IMG/VR virus record: IMGVR_UViG_3300029288_000092
Span: 1 to 64,000 of that record
Reading direction: 5' to 3' (one strand)
DNA length: 64,000 nucleotides
Source: a virus
Taxonomy: Duplodnaviria; Caudoviricetes
The notes beneath the pieces were generated by a model. It was not told the DNA's origin. It saw only the letters and a list, made by a program, of their open reading frames with translations, and made no database searches. The translations under genes were made by a program, and so were the position numbers. This document shows positions 1-10,193 of this stretch, in pieces; positions within the stretch are counted from its first letter, which is position 1, and every line of letters starts with the position of its first letter.

Positions 1-1
1 C

Positions 2-217
2 AAATTCTTTCTTAATTTCTTTTATTTTTTCTTGATCAGGAATATCTTTATCATTGGCAGCTTCACGTAAATACTTCTTAACTAATAGGAGGTTATCATA
101 TTTCATAAGAGTTAACATTTTTTTATTTTCTAATATATGTAAATTTGATAATAACAAATCATACTTTATGGATTCTGCCAAAAAGGTTATTTCATTTTTG
201 GTGAAATTTAACTTCAT
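2..217 (-). CDS. Partial (runs off window start) paralog of the 245..1057 / 55054..56100 family; putative internal head protein
   Basis: Not in the ORF track. Manual translation from ATG at 217 (GGAGGT RBS at ~225-231): MKLNFTKNEITFLAESIKYDLLLSNLHILENKKMLTLMKYDNLLLVKKYLREAANDK..., open to the window edge. Its N-terminus aligns with MKLNFNDKQISFLAECIRED (55054..56100). Confidence 0.75.
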   Translation of the reverse strand, partial: MKLNFTKNEITFLAESIKYDLLLSNLHILENKKMLTLMKYDNLLLVKKYLREAANDKDIPDQEKIKEIKKEF

Positions 218-244
218 TATGTCTAACCTCCAAATAATATTTTT

Positions 245-1057
245 TTATTTCTTAGATGCTGATTTTTTTCTAAGAATACTTTTGCTTGCCGAATCAACAC
301 TTTTAACAAATCCTTTAACTTCTCCCTCTTTCTTCTTACTCATCCCACTCATATAGTTTACAACTCTTTTTGCTAATGAAGATATAACTCTAGCCAAAGC
401 CATTCCAGCTTTAGTTAATGCAAAAAGACATAAAACTATAGTGACATTTGCCAATATTCTGGATGATTTAGAAAAAGATCCAGGAGCCATGACACTATCT
501 TTTCCTTTTGTCAAGTATAAACCTTGATATTGAAGAGCAATAGCATCTCTATATTTTCTAATTACTTTCACAGCAATTTCTTTTAATTGATTTAAATAAA
601 CCGCTCTATCTTTAGGAGCTTCAACTTTTAATTTATCTTTAAGTGATGCTAATTCGACCTTATATTTTTGCAATTCACTTTTCATGCTTTCGGATTCACG
701 AGCAATTTTTTCCACTTTCTCAGAATTTTTGCTAATCTTCCCAGCAGTTGTATCTTTACCAGCTGCTAATTTCGCACCTTTCAATACTGTATTTCCGATT
801 AAGACAGTTAAAGCTGAATTAAGAACCATTGATATAAAACTAAATACTGTGAATCCACCGGCCAACATTGCGGCTCCACTAGCTTCTCTTAAAATATATT
901 TATTCACAACAGAAACATCTTTCATTTCAAGTAGTGTTTTGATTTGGGCACATTCCATTAATCCAATGTGTTTCTTTAATAAATCAAAACGAATGCTATC
1001 TGCAAGAAACTTAGCATCTGATTTATTCAAAGTGTGTTTCATTATTTTCTCCTTCAA
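245..1057 (-). CDS. Hypothetical protein with hydrophobic helices; putative internal head/ejection protein
   Basis: 270 aa ORF. Shared N-terminal motif FLADSIRFD...GLME, two hydrophobic segments and a coiled coil. Probable start is the second ATG after AAGGAG. Confidence 0.6.
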   Translation of the reverse strand: MKEKIMKHTLNKSDAKFLADSIRFDLLKKHIGLMECAQIKTLLEMKDVSVVNKYILREASGAAMLAGGFTVFSFISMVLNSALTVLIGNTVLKGAKLAAGKDTTAGKISKNSEKVEKIARESESMKSELQKYKVELASLKDKLKVEAPKDRAVYLNQLKEIAVKVIRKYRDAIALQYQGLYLTKGKDSVMAPGSFSKSSRILANVTIVLCLFALTKAGMALARVISSLAKRVVNYMSGMSKKKEGEVKGFVKSVDSASKSILRKKSASKK

Positions 1058-1107
1058 TTATGGAGAAGGGGATAAATTAATATCCCCTTCTCTTTATCCC
1101 AAAAAAA

Positions 1108-3048
1108 TTACTGGATATAATGTCTCAAGAAAATTTTCTCAGTTGTTCTGGTTGGTTCCAGAATTATATCAACGTTGAAAATCTTTCTCTTTCTTTCTTC
1201 ATCGGTTGCACCAGCTCTCACGGAATAGCTATACAACCCGCGCTGTTTCTTAACAGTTTCCAAGAAACCAGCAGCTGCACTTTCAACCATAGACCAAGTT
1301 TCTTCATCATTCTGCTCATAAATGAAATTTCTGCAGAATTTTCTAAGAGCCCTATCAATATACAGAACAACGCGGACAATGTTAATATCCTGCATTGCAC
1401 TTGGCTTGCTCTGCGATGATAATTGCTGCCAGAAAACAGGGAATCCCTCAAGCCTAACGATATAATTCAGCTGTGATAAATACAAATTATCTCTCTGTGC
1501 CTGTTTAGGATTGAATCTCAAATCCTTAACAAGTTCACACACACCTCTATTGAGACCTGCAAATGCAAACCAAATAAAAGTTTCTTCATCGCTCTGAGGA
1601 ATAATATAACTCAGGTGATAAGTTGGAGAAACCCAAATATATCTTCCACTGTTATTATCATAAACTTTTGTATAGTTTGTCCATAACGATGTATATGCAT
1701 TATTATATGGATGATTCTGGTATCTTGCAGCTATAGCTGTTTCTGGAGTTGTACTATCACCATTATCAAGCAGAGCTATACAATCTTTTCTAAGAATTGA
1801 TGCAAGATAATTGATATTATCCTTAACTGCCGTTGGATAGTTGGCATCAAACACCAAATCAAACAGCACGTTGTCAATATCATAAACACTGTCATCCAGA
1901 TCACCAACATATGCTTTTGATAAGAACTGTGTTGCAATAGTTCCATCCAATTTCCCATTGACATCCCATAATGATCCGTCCGATCCTGACCCTAATTCTT
2001 TCATCGTCAAGTCTCCACCGCCAGCATACACTTCGGCACCAAACTTAAAAATAATATCATGAATCAACGGGTTATAAGGATCAACAATTCCGTCACCATA
2101 ATGAGCATATAATTTATTCTCGACCACACTCTTAATAATATCACCATCAAGAGCTGGAGTTGCAACCCAAGTTAAACCAACAGCATTCCACACAACATAA
2201 TTGCCGTCTAAACCAGCAAATGTTCCCCTGCCACCACGCCTAACAAAATATGTGTCACCAGCTAAAGGAGCAATAGGGGCTTCATAAACCATATCAATGA
2301 CACTAATGACAGCTGCACCTAATTCATTTTCAACTTCGGCTACAAGCTGATCATATGTTTTTCTATCACTGATATAGCATCTGACATATTTACTATTTCT
2401 TTCAAGGACGTCTTCAATAAAAATACTCTGACCAAAATCATCAACAATTCCATCTTTAAATGAAACTTCCCAATATTCAACTAAAAGAAGAGATCCATCA
2501 TCCTTTTCATAATAGATATCAAGAATGAAAGTTTCTTCTTTATTCATGACTTTTGTCAATCTGAATTTGAGTCGGTTGTAATAGACACCTCTTCCAGTGG
2601 CTTCAAAAAGCATAGCCGGATGCCAATAATCTAATGCCGGAGGTTCGGCTTTCCCAAAAAATTGAGAAGCTGCCAATTTTCTATCAGTGAAAATATCCTG
2701 AGTGAAAATGGTTGTTAAAGCTCCACCAGTAGGTTTCTGAATTTGCACTGCTAAGTTAGCAACCTGTGCATCCGTTGGTAACACTCTCATACAATATAAT
2801 GCACCTGAGCTTGTTACATTCTTTTCTGCATTCAACATCCCCTGGCCATAAACCGGACCATATTTAAAATAATTTGGATTACCATATGTTGAAACAAGAC
2901 TTTCTTTATCAACACAGAATACCACTTCATTATCTGGACCTTTATCTGCAAGGAATGCAATGAATCCAATAGAAACGGGAACATTTTGCACATATGCTGT
3001 TAAATCTGTAAAACTTGAATATGCGCCTGGGCTAATAGGAATTGACAT
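1108..3048 (-). CDS. Contractile tail sheath protein
   Basis: N-terminal SPGAY motif, IWFAFAGLNRG, and C-terminal INIVRVVLYI...FIYEQND...W...VDIILEPTRTTEKI typical of myophage sheaths; GGAGG RBS. Confidence 0.9.
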   Translation of the reverse strand: MSIPISPGAYSSFTDLTAYVQNVPVSIGFIAFLADKGPDNEVVFCVDKESLVSTYGNPNYFKYGPVYGQGMLNAEKNVTSSGALYCMRVLPTDAQVANLAVQIQKPTGGALTTIFTQDIFTDRKLAASQFFGKAEPPALDYWHPAMLFEATGRGVYYNRLKFRLTKVMNKEETFILDIYYEKDDGSLLLVEYWEVSFKDGIVDDFGQSIFIEDVLERNSKYVRCYISDRKTYDQLVAEVENELGAAVISVIDMVYEAPIAPLAGDTYFVRRGGRGTFAGLDGNYVVWNAVGLTWVATPALDGDIIKSVVENKLYAHYGDGIVDPYNPLIHDIIFKFGAEVYAGGGDLTMKELGSGSDGSLWDVNGKLDGTIATQFLSKAYVGDLDDSVYDIDNVLFDLVFDANYPTAVKDNINYLASILRKDCIALLDNGDSTTPETAIAARYQNHPYNNAYTSLWTNYTKVYDNNSGRYIWVSPTYHLSYIIPQSDEETFIWFAFAGLNRGVCELVKDLRFNPKQAQRDNLYLSQLNYIVRLEGFPVFWQQLSSQSKPSAMQDINIVRVVLYIDRALRKFCRNFIYEQNDEETWSMVESAAAGFLETVKKQRGLYSYSVRAGATDEERKRKIFNVDIILEPTRTTEKIFLRHYIQ

Positions 3049-3077
3049 ATTATTTTCCTCCTAATTTTATTTCCATC

Positions 3078-3686
3078 TTACATGAAATAATACCATGCTA
3101 AAACTAATTCCAATGTATCATTTTTTGTGATACTTGGGAAGGTAATTCTAGATGCTAAAACAAATCTAGTTGCTAAGGCTGGTGTTGCATTATCTGTAAA
3201 CCATAATCCTGCTTCATTTAAACTTAAACCATTGCATTGTGTTCTTCCAATAACCATTGTTGCCTTAGCAATAAGATTTCTGTTGTTATTGTTCATATCT
3301 TGTAGATATTCAACACTTAAGAATTTTTTCTTTCTTCCGTCCGGAGTGCAGTCTGGGTCAGTCACATCAATAACAATTTCTGTATTTAAACCATGATCTT
3401 CAAGATCTGGATCTAAAGGAAGGTTAGGATCGCCGGGATCTGTTCCACCGGTTCCAACGGACATATATCTAAGGAATAGATCTTTATCTCCGCTACCTAA
3501 AACTCTATCTTCTCCAAATACACGCTGGGCAAAAATTTCTCTACCATCATATACAATTTTGTTGGATTTAAATAGTAATTGTGAATTAGATTTATTATAA
3601 ATTTCTAACCAGCCACTACCAGGACCAAACGCAGAATCTTGTATCTTTTTAAAACGGTAGTCTGCTAAATTTAGATATTTGATCAC
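3078..3686 (-). CDS. Baseplate / tail-collar-fibre-like protein
   Basis: NKIVYDGRE..MSVGTGG..L..E..NEAGLW..ASRITFPSITK pattern resembling P2 gpH/DUF3751-type N-terminal domains; adjacent to the sheath gene. Confidence 0.6.
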   Translation of the reverse strand: MIKYLNLADYRFKKIQDSAFGPGSGWLEIYNKSNSQLLFKSNKIVYDGREIFAQRVFGEDRVLGSGDKDLFLRYMSVGTGGTDPGDPNLPLDPDLEDHGLNTEIVIDVTDPDCTPDGRKKKFLSVEYLQDMNNNNRNLIAKATMVIGRTQCNGLSLNEAGLWFTDNATPALATRFVLASRITFPSITKNDTLELVLAWYYFM

Positions 3687-3741
3687 AATCCTTCCTCCTT
3701 ATATCTTAACACTTTATTTTTGTTCATCTTTTTAATAATAA

Positions 3742-5085
3742 TCATCCTCCTCTGTTTTTTAAATTATCAAATATATCTTTCTGTGATCCAGGAACTCTAT
3801 CTCCTCCACTTTCTAAATCTAATATATCTTGGTGATTTAAATAATTTTCATATTGTCCAGGAGCCCAATTAGTTCCTGGGGCCAAAAGTTCTCTATCATC
3901 TAACATATTTTCCAAATATTCATTCAATGTTGGTGGGCCAGCAAATTCATTTATTAATTTATTTGGAGAAGAATCAGCATTTAATCTATCTTTAAATTGC
4001 TGAAGTGTTGTTGGATTTCCTTGATATGGTGCATTTTCTTGTTCCAACATAATCATAGCTGGATATATAGACTCAAAACTAATTCTAACATCAACCATAT
4101 TTGGGTGCTGTTTAAAAGAAATATCATTAGCATCCCCACCTTTAACAACAGAAATATCCGTTATAGCAGCTTCTTTTATTTTAAATAATCCTGGACAATC
4201 AACTCTGACTATATACGGCCTATCATATAATATTCCATCAGCAGATTTTGGAGTGCATAGCGCCATGAGTGCTATTATTGGATTAACTATTCTGTGTTTA
4301 TACATAGCATAATCATATGGATTAATATTATATAATCGTATCGTGGCAGAATATGATAATCTTGAGCTTGATCCTTGCCATATATTTGGAAGATCTATTC
4401 TTTTACCCTTGGCCAAATTAGCAGCAAGTGATCCCAACCCACCATATGATTTTGTTATATTTGAAACACTTTTATATAGATCTTGTCCAAGAATATCTTT
4501 TGCGTGCTGTTCCAATCCTTTGACTTCTGACATATTTCCTAGTTGTTGAACAAAATCTTGAACTGCCGGATTTGCTCTTGATAATGATATTAATTCCACT
4601 GGCATCACAGAACTAAATAGATTAAAAGCAGATCCCATAAAAGATGGGCCATATGAACTAGAAACTCCATCTGATATTGCTCCCTCCGATAAAATATATA
4701 ATGATAGTTTATTTCTTACCATTTCCATACCAAGAGATCTTAAAGTATTTTTATATTCACTTAAAGCTGGTTTTGAATAAAAAATATGCGGCCCGAAATC
4801 GATGGTTTGTAATCTTGGATAAAGATCCATCCTCAATAAAAATTGTCTTGTATCCTCTGGCGGTTTATCGACGCCACATCCGGACATTACTAAATCTTCA
4901 GGTGGGAATCCTATTCTATCTGGCAATTGTCTATATGGTTCACCTTTAGAATATTCTAATTCATTTAGATTTACCTGTACACCTAAATCTAAATTATTAA
5001 TAAAATTTTGTATGCTCTGCCCATTGATACCTAATTCATTTCCTATATGCTGTAAATTTTCCCAAAAACTAAATCCTCCTGGCAT
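3742..5085 (-). CDS. Putative baseplate tail-tube cap/junction protein (T4 gp48-like)
   Basis: IDLPNIWQGSS..YSATIRLY..PYIVRVDCPG..AAITDISV..P..VDVRISF resembles tube-fold baseplate proteins; directly follows the tape-measure candidate. Confidence 0.45.
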   Translation of the reverse strand: MPGGFSFWENLQHIGNELGINGQSIQNFINNLDLGVQVNLNELEYSKGEPYRQLPDRIGFPPEDLVMSGCGVDKPPEDTRQFLLRMDLYPRLQTIDFGPHIFYSKPALSEYKNTLRSLGMEMVRNKLSLYILSEGAISDGVSSSYGPSFMGSAFNLFSSVMPVELISLSRANPAVQDFVQQLGNMSEVKGLEQHAKDILGQDLYKSVSNITKSYGGLGSLAANLAKGKRIDLPNIWQGSSSRLSYSATIRLYNINPYDYAMYKHRIVNPIIALMALCTPKSADGILYDRPYIVRVDCPGLFKIKEAAITDISVVKGGDANDISFKQHPNMVDVRISFESIYPAMIMLEQENAPYQGNPTTLQQFKDRLNADSSPNKLINEFAGPPTLNEYLENMLDDRELLAPGTNWAPGQYENYLNHQDILDLESGGDRVPGSQKDIFDNLKNRGG

Positions 5086-5086
5086 A

Positions 5087-8000
5087 TTATATTTCCCCCT
5101 GCATTACATATCCTTGGACTTTATTATATTCATTTATCAAATCGCCCATCTGTGAACCTTGATCTCCAGAATTATTAGAAACAACAGTTGAGTTAGAACT
5201 TTTTATTTGATTCATAATTGTTGTTGATTGTGCTTTAATTGCTGTTACCGTATTAGAAACTGCTTCTTTTATTTTTTCTCCACTCTTATATTTAGCTTCT
5301 TCCATTTCTTTAAAAATACTAGATAAATTTTCCTTTGCTCTTTTTGTAAATGTATCTGCTCTATTTGATATCTCAGCAACTATGGGTAACTTCTGTTTTA
5401 TAAATTCTTTTATTTCATCATCTGTAGCTAATTTATTATCTCTTATTTTCTTTAATGCCAATGCCATTCTAGAAACATATTCTGGTTTCGATATTTTTCC
5501 TTCTTTATACATGGATTCTAATTCTAAAAATTTTCGAGAGTTGATTGATATTTCATACAATCTTCCAGAATTTCTGAATGAGTGTCCAAATTTTTTATCA
5601 GATTCAATTTGGTTTTTTAGATTTGAAATATTTTCTATTGCCATTGAATCAGATCTAATCTTTCCTTTCAACTCTTTCACAGGAGCAATTAATTCTTGTT
5701 TTTTGGATTCGATTTTAGATTTAACAAAATCAGCAATATCCTTATTTGTTATATGCCCACGTTTTTTGTATTCTTTAATAAGATTTCCCATTCTAGCAGT
5801 ATACTCAGTCTTGCTCATTTTTCCTTTCTTGAAATCATACTCAATACTCATAAGTCTAGTTGCGGGATCCAATGCTTGTTGATAAATGGGGTATTTGCGG
5901 ATACCACCAAGCCACTTTCCCTCAAGGGATTTTGCTTTTTTATTCAATTCATCAAGTCTATTAATTGCTTTGGTATCTAAATCAATCTTTCCTTTCAACT
6001 CTTTTACAGGAGTAATCAATTCTTGTTTTTTGGATTCAATATCTTTCCCAGCTTGTTTCAATCTTCCTTTTATATTTAATCCTTCAAACTTAGATTTAAC
6101 ATTTTCAAATAGTTGTTTTCCAAACACTTCTCTTTCTTTAAATTTTAATTCTTTTCCACTTATATTTCCCATAGATTTAGCCAAAATATAAGTTAATGAT
6201 TTTTCTAGATCAACATTTTTCATTTTTCCTTTTGATCCATCAAAGAAACTAAAAGATTCGGATAAGAATGATTTTATTTGATTTTTATTTGCGCCCATTG
6301 CTGTCAAATAAGAACCGTATAAAGCAATTGTGTTTTTTAGATCCGGACTTCCTTTTAAACTCCACTGACTTAATGGACCACCAGATTTCATATCAGTTGA
6401 GAATCTCTTAGAAATTTCTTCTATTCCTTTTCTGGTTCCTTTATCAACATCTGTTCCTTTTTTCAATTCTTCGAGTATATCAATGAATATTTTATTGCTT
6501 CCAGTAATATCTATATCTTGACGACTACTCTTTAATTTATTAAATATTGTTGATTGGAGTTCCTTCATAGATTTTGTTGAAGTTTCAGATTTTTCTATCT
6601 CACCCAATATTTCTTTTATTTCTTTATTGTATTTATATCTAAATAAAGTTTTTCCTATTATACCTTTTCTCTTTTCTTCTTTTTCAGATAATAATTCTTT
6701 CAAATTGGTTGTTGTTCTTTCTGACCTAATTCCCGCCTTAGCCGCAATAGAACTTATTTTATATTTTCCTTCCTGTTTTCCAAATTGTTTTAATAATTCT
6801 TGATTAACACCTAAAAGTTTGTTTCTATCTTCGGAATCTTGTTTGGCTCTTTTTATTTCTCTCTCAGCATCTTTTTCTGACTTGTGTTTCATATAATAAG
6901 CTAATCCTGCAACAGATCCACCAACTGCAAGAGCAATCAATGCTGGCCCACTCAACAACACTCCACCAGCAGCACTTATTCCCGATGTCACTGTTGATGC
7001 AATTCCACTCCCAGCGAACAGACCACCGATCCATCCACCAATAGTGGTTAATACTTTTTTACCGATCATTCCGGTTGCTATTGCACCACCAACACCAACT
7101 GCACCTGTTGCAACTAGAGCACCTTTGGATCCCAACAACGGTTTCAGTTTTTCAAATATAAATAGTAAACCACCACCAATAGCACCAATCTGAAGAACAT
7201 TTAAAGCGGCTCCAATATCTTTAGTTGCCAAATAAGCAGCAATGCCCCCACTGATAGTAACCCATGATTTGGCCATTGGTGTATTTCCAAATATACTTTT
7301 CATAGAACCCATTACTTTATAAATTGCATATGCACCAATTCCACCCATAGCAACTCTAGATGCATCTGCTATTCTCTTTGGGAGTGCTTTGGTATTTTCT
7401 TTTATAGCTGTTAATAATTTATCTGCTTTTGATAACTTTTTTCCATCAGTTGTTTTTTCAACAAAATTAAATTTACGTGGTTTTCTTAATTTAAAATTAA
7501 ATAAATTTTTTAATTTGCTTGGAGTGTCTGAAACTAAGGACAATAATTTCTTTGTATGTATTCCTGTCATTATTGCAGTTTCATTATATAGATCATCAAA
7601 AACTTTAAATTCTTTAATCCCTGTAAATTGACCAAGTAATCCCATGGCCCATATACTATTAATTGCAGTATATGCGATTGGATTTAATAAAGATAAACCT
7701 AAAAGAACACTATTTCCCATAACTGTTGGTTTAGAAAACCATTCTTTAGTTCTCTTTAAAACACCAATTTTTATTTTTGCATCTTCAGCTTTTCTCTTTT
7801 CTTCTTCTGTTAATATACTTTTTGTCTTTCTATTTTCATCATATTGAGGAGTGATAGTTCTTGATTTTTGCATAAAAGACACGAGCTTGGAGCTGACTGA
7901 AGCAATAGGAGAAACAACTTTCATTGTTGCAGCACCAAGTCTACTCGGACCTTTTTTAAATTTCAGTGTTTTTTCTTGTTCCAAATATTTTCTAATATCA

Positions 8001-9796
8001 TCATATTCTTCGGGCTTGACTTTTAAACCAGGGATATTTGATTTCACCAATTCTTTTATATGTGAATCTATTGAGGACAAATGCATCAAACTATTATATT
8101 GAATCTGTAATTGTTTATTTCTTACTGATAATTCACTAAACGATTTTGTTCTGGACGTTTCAGATCCAAGAAAAAAACCTTTGATAGATTTAGGAATATT
8201 TCTTATAGAATCTAATAATCCAGATCCTTTTTTCTTTTCTTGTTTTTCACCAAATAAATATTTGGCTATTCCCATCATACCACTCGCAAGTGGAGTTATA
8301 CCAGGAATTCTAGAAAACCATTCTTTATCTCTAATATCTTTTGATTTTTTTGGATACACTCTAGCCATCAAATCATAAAGCATTGATAGTTTATTATATT
8401 GATACATTCCAATGTCAACCAATGTTTCCATTGGTGTTGATTTCATTGATATTTCTTTAGAATATTTTAATCTTTTTCCAGGTAATAATAATTTTATTGG
8501 TGAATATAAAATCTTTCCAACTCTGTTTAATTGTTTAGCAATGGCCATGGAAAAACCGACAATATGATTTAATTGTTTTATAATTGGCAATCTAGCAGAA
8601 ACGGCAATCATAGCAGTCTCATATCCACTTGCTAAATAATCAACAAACATAGGTTCCTTAGCACCAAAGAATTTTCCCATTGCTTTGTTTAACCAATATA
8701 ATTGTTGAACAACTTGTGCAGTTAAGAATCCCTGAAATTCTGATCCAGATATCAATCCATTTTTCGCTCCAGGAATAATTAACCCAGGAGTCATCATTGC
8801 TTTCTTTAAAATAGATTGTCTAACAAACATACCAGACTGAGCTGTTAAATTTGTTCTAGCTGCAGTTGCAACAGCACTGAAATTTTCAGTTTGATCCATT
8901 GATGTTTTCTTTGGTAGTTCATTTATAGCATCATATATTTTATTTAAAGATTCCAACATTTGATTAGATGTTGTAGCTCTTTCTTTATCTATTTTTTTAT
9001 TTACTATTTTATCTTTTGATTTTAATAATATATCTTTAAGATCCGAAAATTTATTTCCAACATCTATAATAGATTCATTTATTTCTCCGAGTTTATTGGC
9101 TATAAAGTCACCAAATGGATATTTATTATTTTTTGCAATTAACCGTTTAAATGAAGTTGGGCCAGATAATTTATTTCTTCTGATTTCAAACATCTCATTT
9201 AAATTAAAAGTTTGAGATTTTTCTATCTTATCCAAACCAGATGTCTCATATCTCTTGACAATTGGTTTTTCTATTTTGAGATTAGTTACAGTTTTTCTTC
9301 TTCCTGGTCTTTTTGTAGATTTGCTTACTTTTAATTCTTCAAATTTATCAGTTAATTTTCCAAGTTTATTTTCAAATTCATCTTGATCTATATCTGACTT
9401 GGAAATGTTATCTAATTCTTTATCATATTCATCTATTTTTTTCTTTTTAAATATATAATCACTAGCTTTCCTTTTTAACATCAAAACAGAATTTTTTAAT
9501 TTTGGTACATATTTCTGTATACCTTTTTCTAGGAAATGTGCAATTAAAGGACTTCCACCAGAAAGAATTGTGGCCGCAATTCTTGCTTCTTCTATTTCAG
9601 CTTCTTCATCTACAGTTTCATAGACATCAGAAATAGCTGCACTTAATTTAGATGTTGCATAAGATATTTTTTTGAACACACCTTTATTCTTGGAATCAAA
9701 AATAATATCATCATTTCCACCGATATCATTGATATTGTTGTTAATATCGATAAAATCTAAATCATCATTGGCCATTGATTTCTCCCTTATAAACAC
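5087..9796 (-). CDS. Putative tape measure protein
   Basis: 1569 aa, Lys-rich and helical, with a central Gly/Ala-rich hydrophobic stretch (GGAIATGMIG..AAGGVLLSGPALIALAVGG) and an internal repeat; lies in the tail gene cluster. Confidence 0.65.
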   Translation of the reverse strand: MFIREKSMANDDLDFIDINNNINDIGGNDDIIFDSKNKGVFKKISYATSKLSAAISDVYETVDEEAEIEEARIAATILSGGSPLIAHFLEKGIQKYVPKLKNSVLMLKRKASDYIFKKKKIDEYDKELDNISKSDIDQDEFENKLGKLTDKFEELKVSKSTKRPGRRKTVTNLKIEKPIVKRYETSGLDKIEKSQTFNLNEMFEIRRNKLSGPTSFKRLIAKNNKYPFGDFIANKLGEINESIIDVGNKFSDLKDILLKSKDKIVNKKIDKERATTSNQMLESLNKIYDAINELPKKTSMDQTENFSAVATAARTNLTAQSGMFVRQSILKKAMMTPGLIIPGAKNGLISGSEFQGFLTAQVVQQLYWLNKAMGKFFGAKEPMFVDYLASGYETAMIAVSARLPIIKQLNHIVGFSMAIAKQLNRVGKILYSPIKLLLPGKRLKYSKEISMKSTPMETLVDIGMYQYNKLSMLYDLMARVYPKKSKDIRDKEWFSRIPGITPLASGMMGIAKYLFGEKQEKKKGSGLLDSIRNIPKSIKGFFLGSETSRTKSFSELSVRNKQLQIQYNSLMHLSSIDSHIKELVKSNIPGLKVKPEEYDDIRKYLEQEKTLKFKKGPSRLGAATMKVVSPIASVSSKLVSFMQKSRTITPQYDENRKTKSILTEEEKRKAEDAKIKIGVLKRTKEWFSKPTVMGNSVLLGLSLLNPIAYTAINSIWAMGLLGQFTGIKEFKVFDDLYNETAIMTGIHTKKLLSLVSDTPSKLKNLFNFKLRKPRKFNFVEKTTDGKKLSKADKLLTAIKENTKALPKRIADASRVAMGGIGAYAIYKVMGSMKSIFGNTPMAKSWVTISGGIAAYLATKDIGAALNVLQIGAIGGGLLFIFEKLKPLLGSKGALVATGAVGVGGAIATGMIGKKVLTTIGGWIGGLFAGSGIASTVTSGISAAGGVLLSGPALIALAVGGSVAGLAYYMKHKSEKDAEREIKRAKQDSEDRNKLLGVNQELLKQFGKQEGKYKISSIAAKAGIRSERTTTNLKELLSEKEEKRKGIIGKTLFRYKYNKEIKEILGEIEKSETSTKSMKELQSTIFNKLKSSRQDIDITGSNKIFIDILEELKKGTDVDKGTRKGIEEISKRFSTDMKSGGPLSQWSLKGSPDLKNTIALYGSYLTAMGANKNQIKSFLSESFSFFDGSKGKMKNVDLEKSLTYILAKSMGNISGKELKFKEREVFGKQLFENVKSKFEGLNIKGRLKQAGKDIESKKQELITPVKELKGKIDLDTKAINRLDELNKKAKSLEGKWLGGIRKYPIYQQALDPATRLMSIEYDFKKGKMSKTEYTARMGNLIKEYKKRGHITNKDIADFVKSKIESKKQELIAPVKELKGKIRSDSMAIENISNLKNQIESDKKFGHSFRNSGRLYEISINSRKFLELESMYKEGKISKPEYVSRMALALKKIRDNKLATDDEIKEFIKQKLPIVAEISNRADTFTKRAKENLSSIFKEMEEAKYKSGEKIKEAVSNTVTAIKAQSTTIMNQIKSSNSTVVSNNSGDQGSQMGDLINEYNKVQGYVMQGEI
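5657..6040. repeat. Internal duplication in the tape-measure gene (327-bp period)
   Basis: Near-identical 57-bp copies at 5657-5713 and 5984-6040 encode IESKKQELI(A/T)PVKELKGKI; the rest of the 109-aa unit is diverged but alignable. Confidence 0.85.
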
Positions 9797-9810
9797 AATT
9801 TAAGCTAGTT

Positions 9811-9824
9811 ATTTGTTTTTGTTC
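9811..9824 (-). promoter_or_regulatory. Putative late promoter motif (GAACAAAAACAAAT) upstream of the tape-measure gene
   Basis: The same motif recurs at 3713-3725, 17167-17180, 23091-23106, 40714-40729, 50841-50856 and 56124-56139, always just upstream of minus-strand genes. Confidence 0.6.
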
Positions 9825-9849
9825 TGTGTTCTTTTTATGAGAAATATAA

Positions 9850-9860
9850 CTACATATATA
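9850..9860 (+). promoter_or_regulatory. Putative early promoter motif CTACATATATA
   Basis: Also at 17513, 56171 and 58972, with variants near 10709 and 50890, each upstream of plus-strand genes. Confidence 0.6.
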
Positions 9861-9929
9861 CTCTATTGAGTTTAAAAGTTATTCTTTTTTAAACTCATAT
9901 TTTTTCAAGTGAAAGGTGGTGAAGAATAA

Positions 9930-10193
9930 ATGAGTTTCAGAGAAACAGCAATAAAGCTGTTGAGTCAGATCCATGGAATCACATTAGATTCCGCAAGGAT
10001 CATGGCTGCGGCAGCCGTGGTTGCTAGTTTAATCAATGTGTTAAGCGTATATGCAACAGGAACACTTGCGTATGCGACAATCGCATTGATCATGTATCTC
10101 CTTTCTCTGTTAATCGATGGTATCAATGCATTGTTATCATCGACAACTGCGGAATCTTTTCCGCAGTTCGAGGAGGAGGCCATGTCAACTTGA
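9930..10193 (+). CDS. Small membrane protein (two predicted TM helices)
   Basis: 87 aa with two hydrophobic segments; AAGGTGG RBS; follows the TACATATATA motif. Confidence 0.65.
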   Translation: MSFRETAIKLLSQIHGITLDSARIMAAAAVVASLINVLSVYATGTLAYATIALIMYLLSLLIDGINALLSSTTAESFPQFEEEAMST

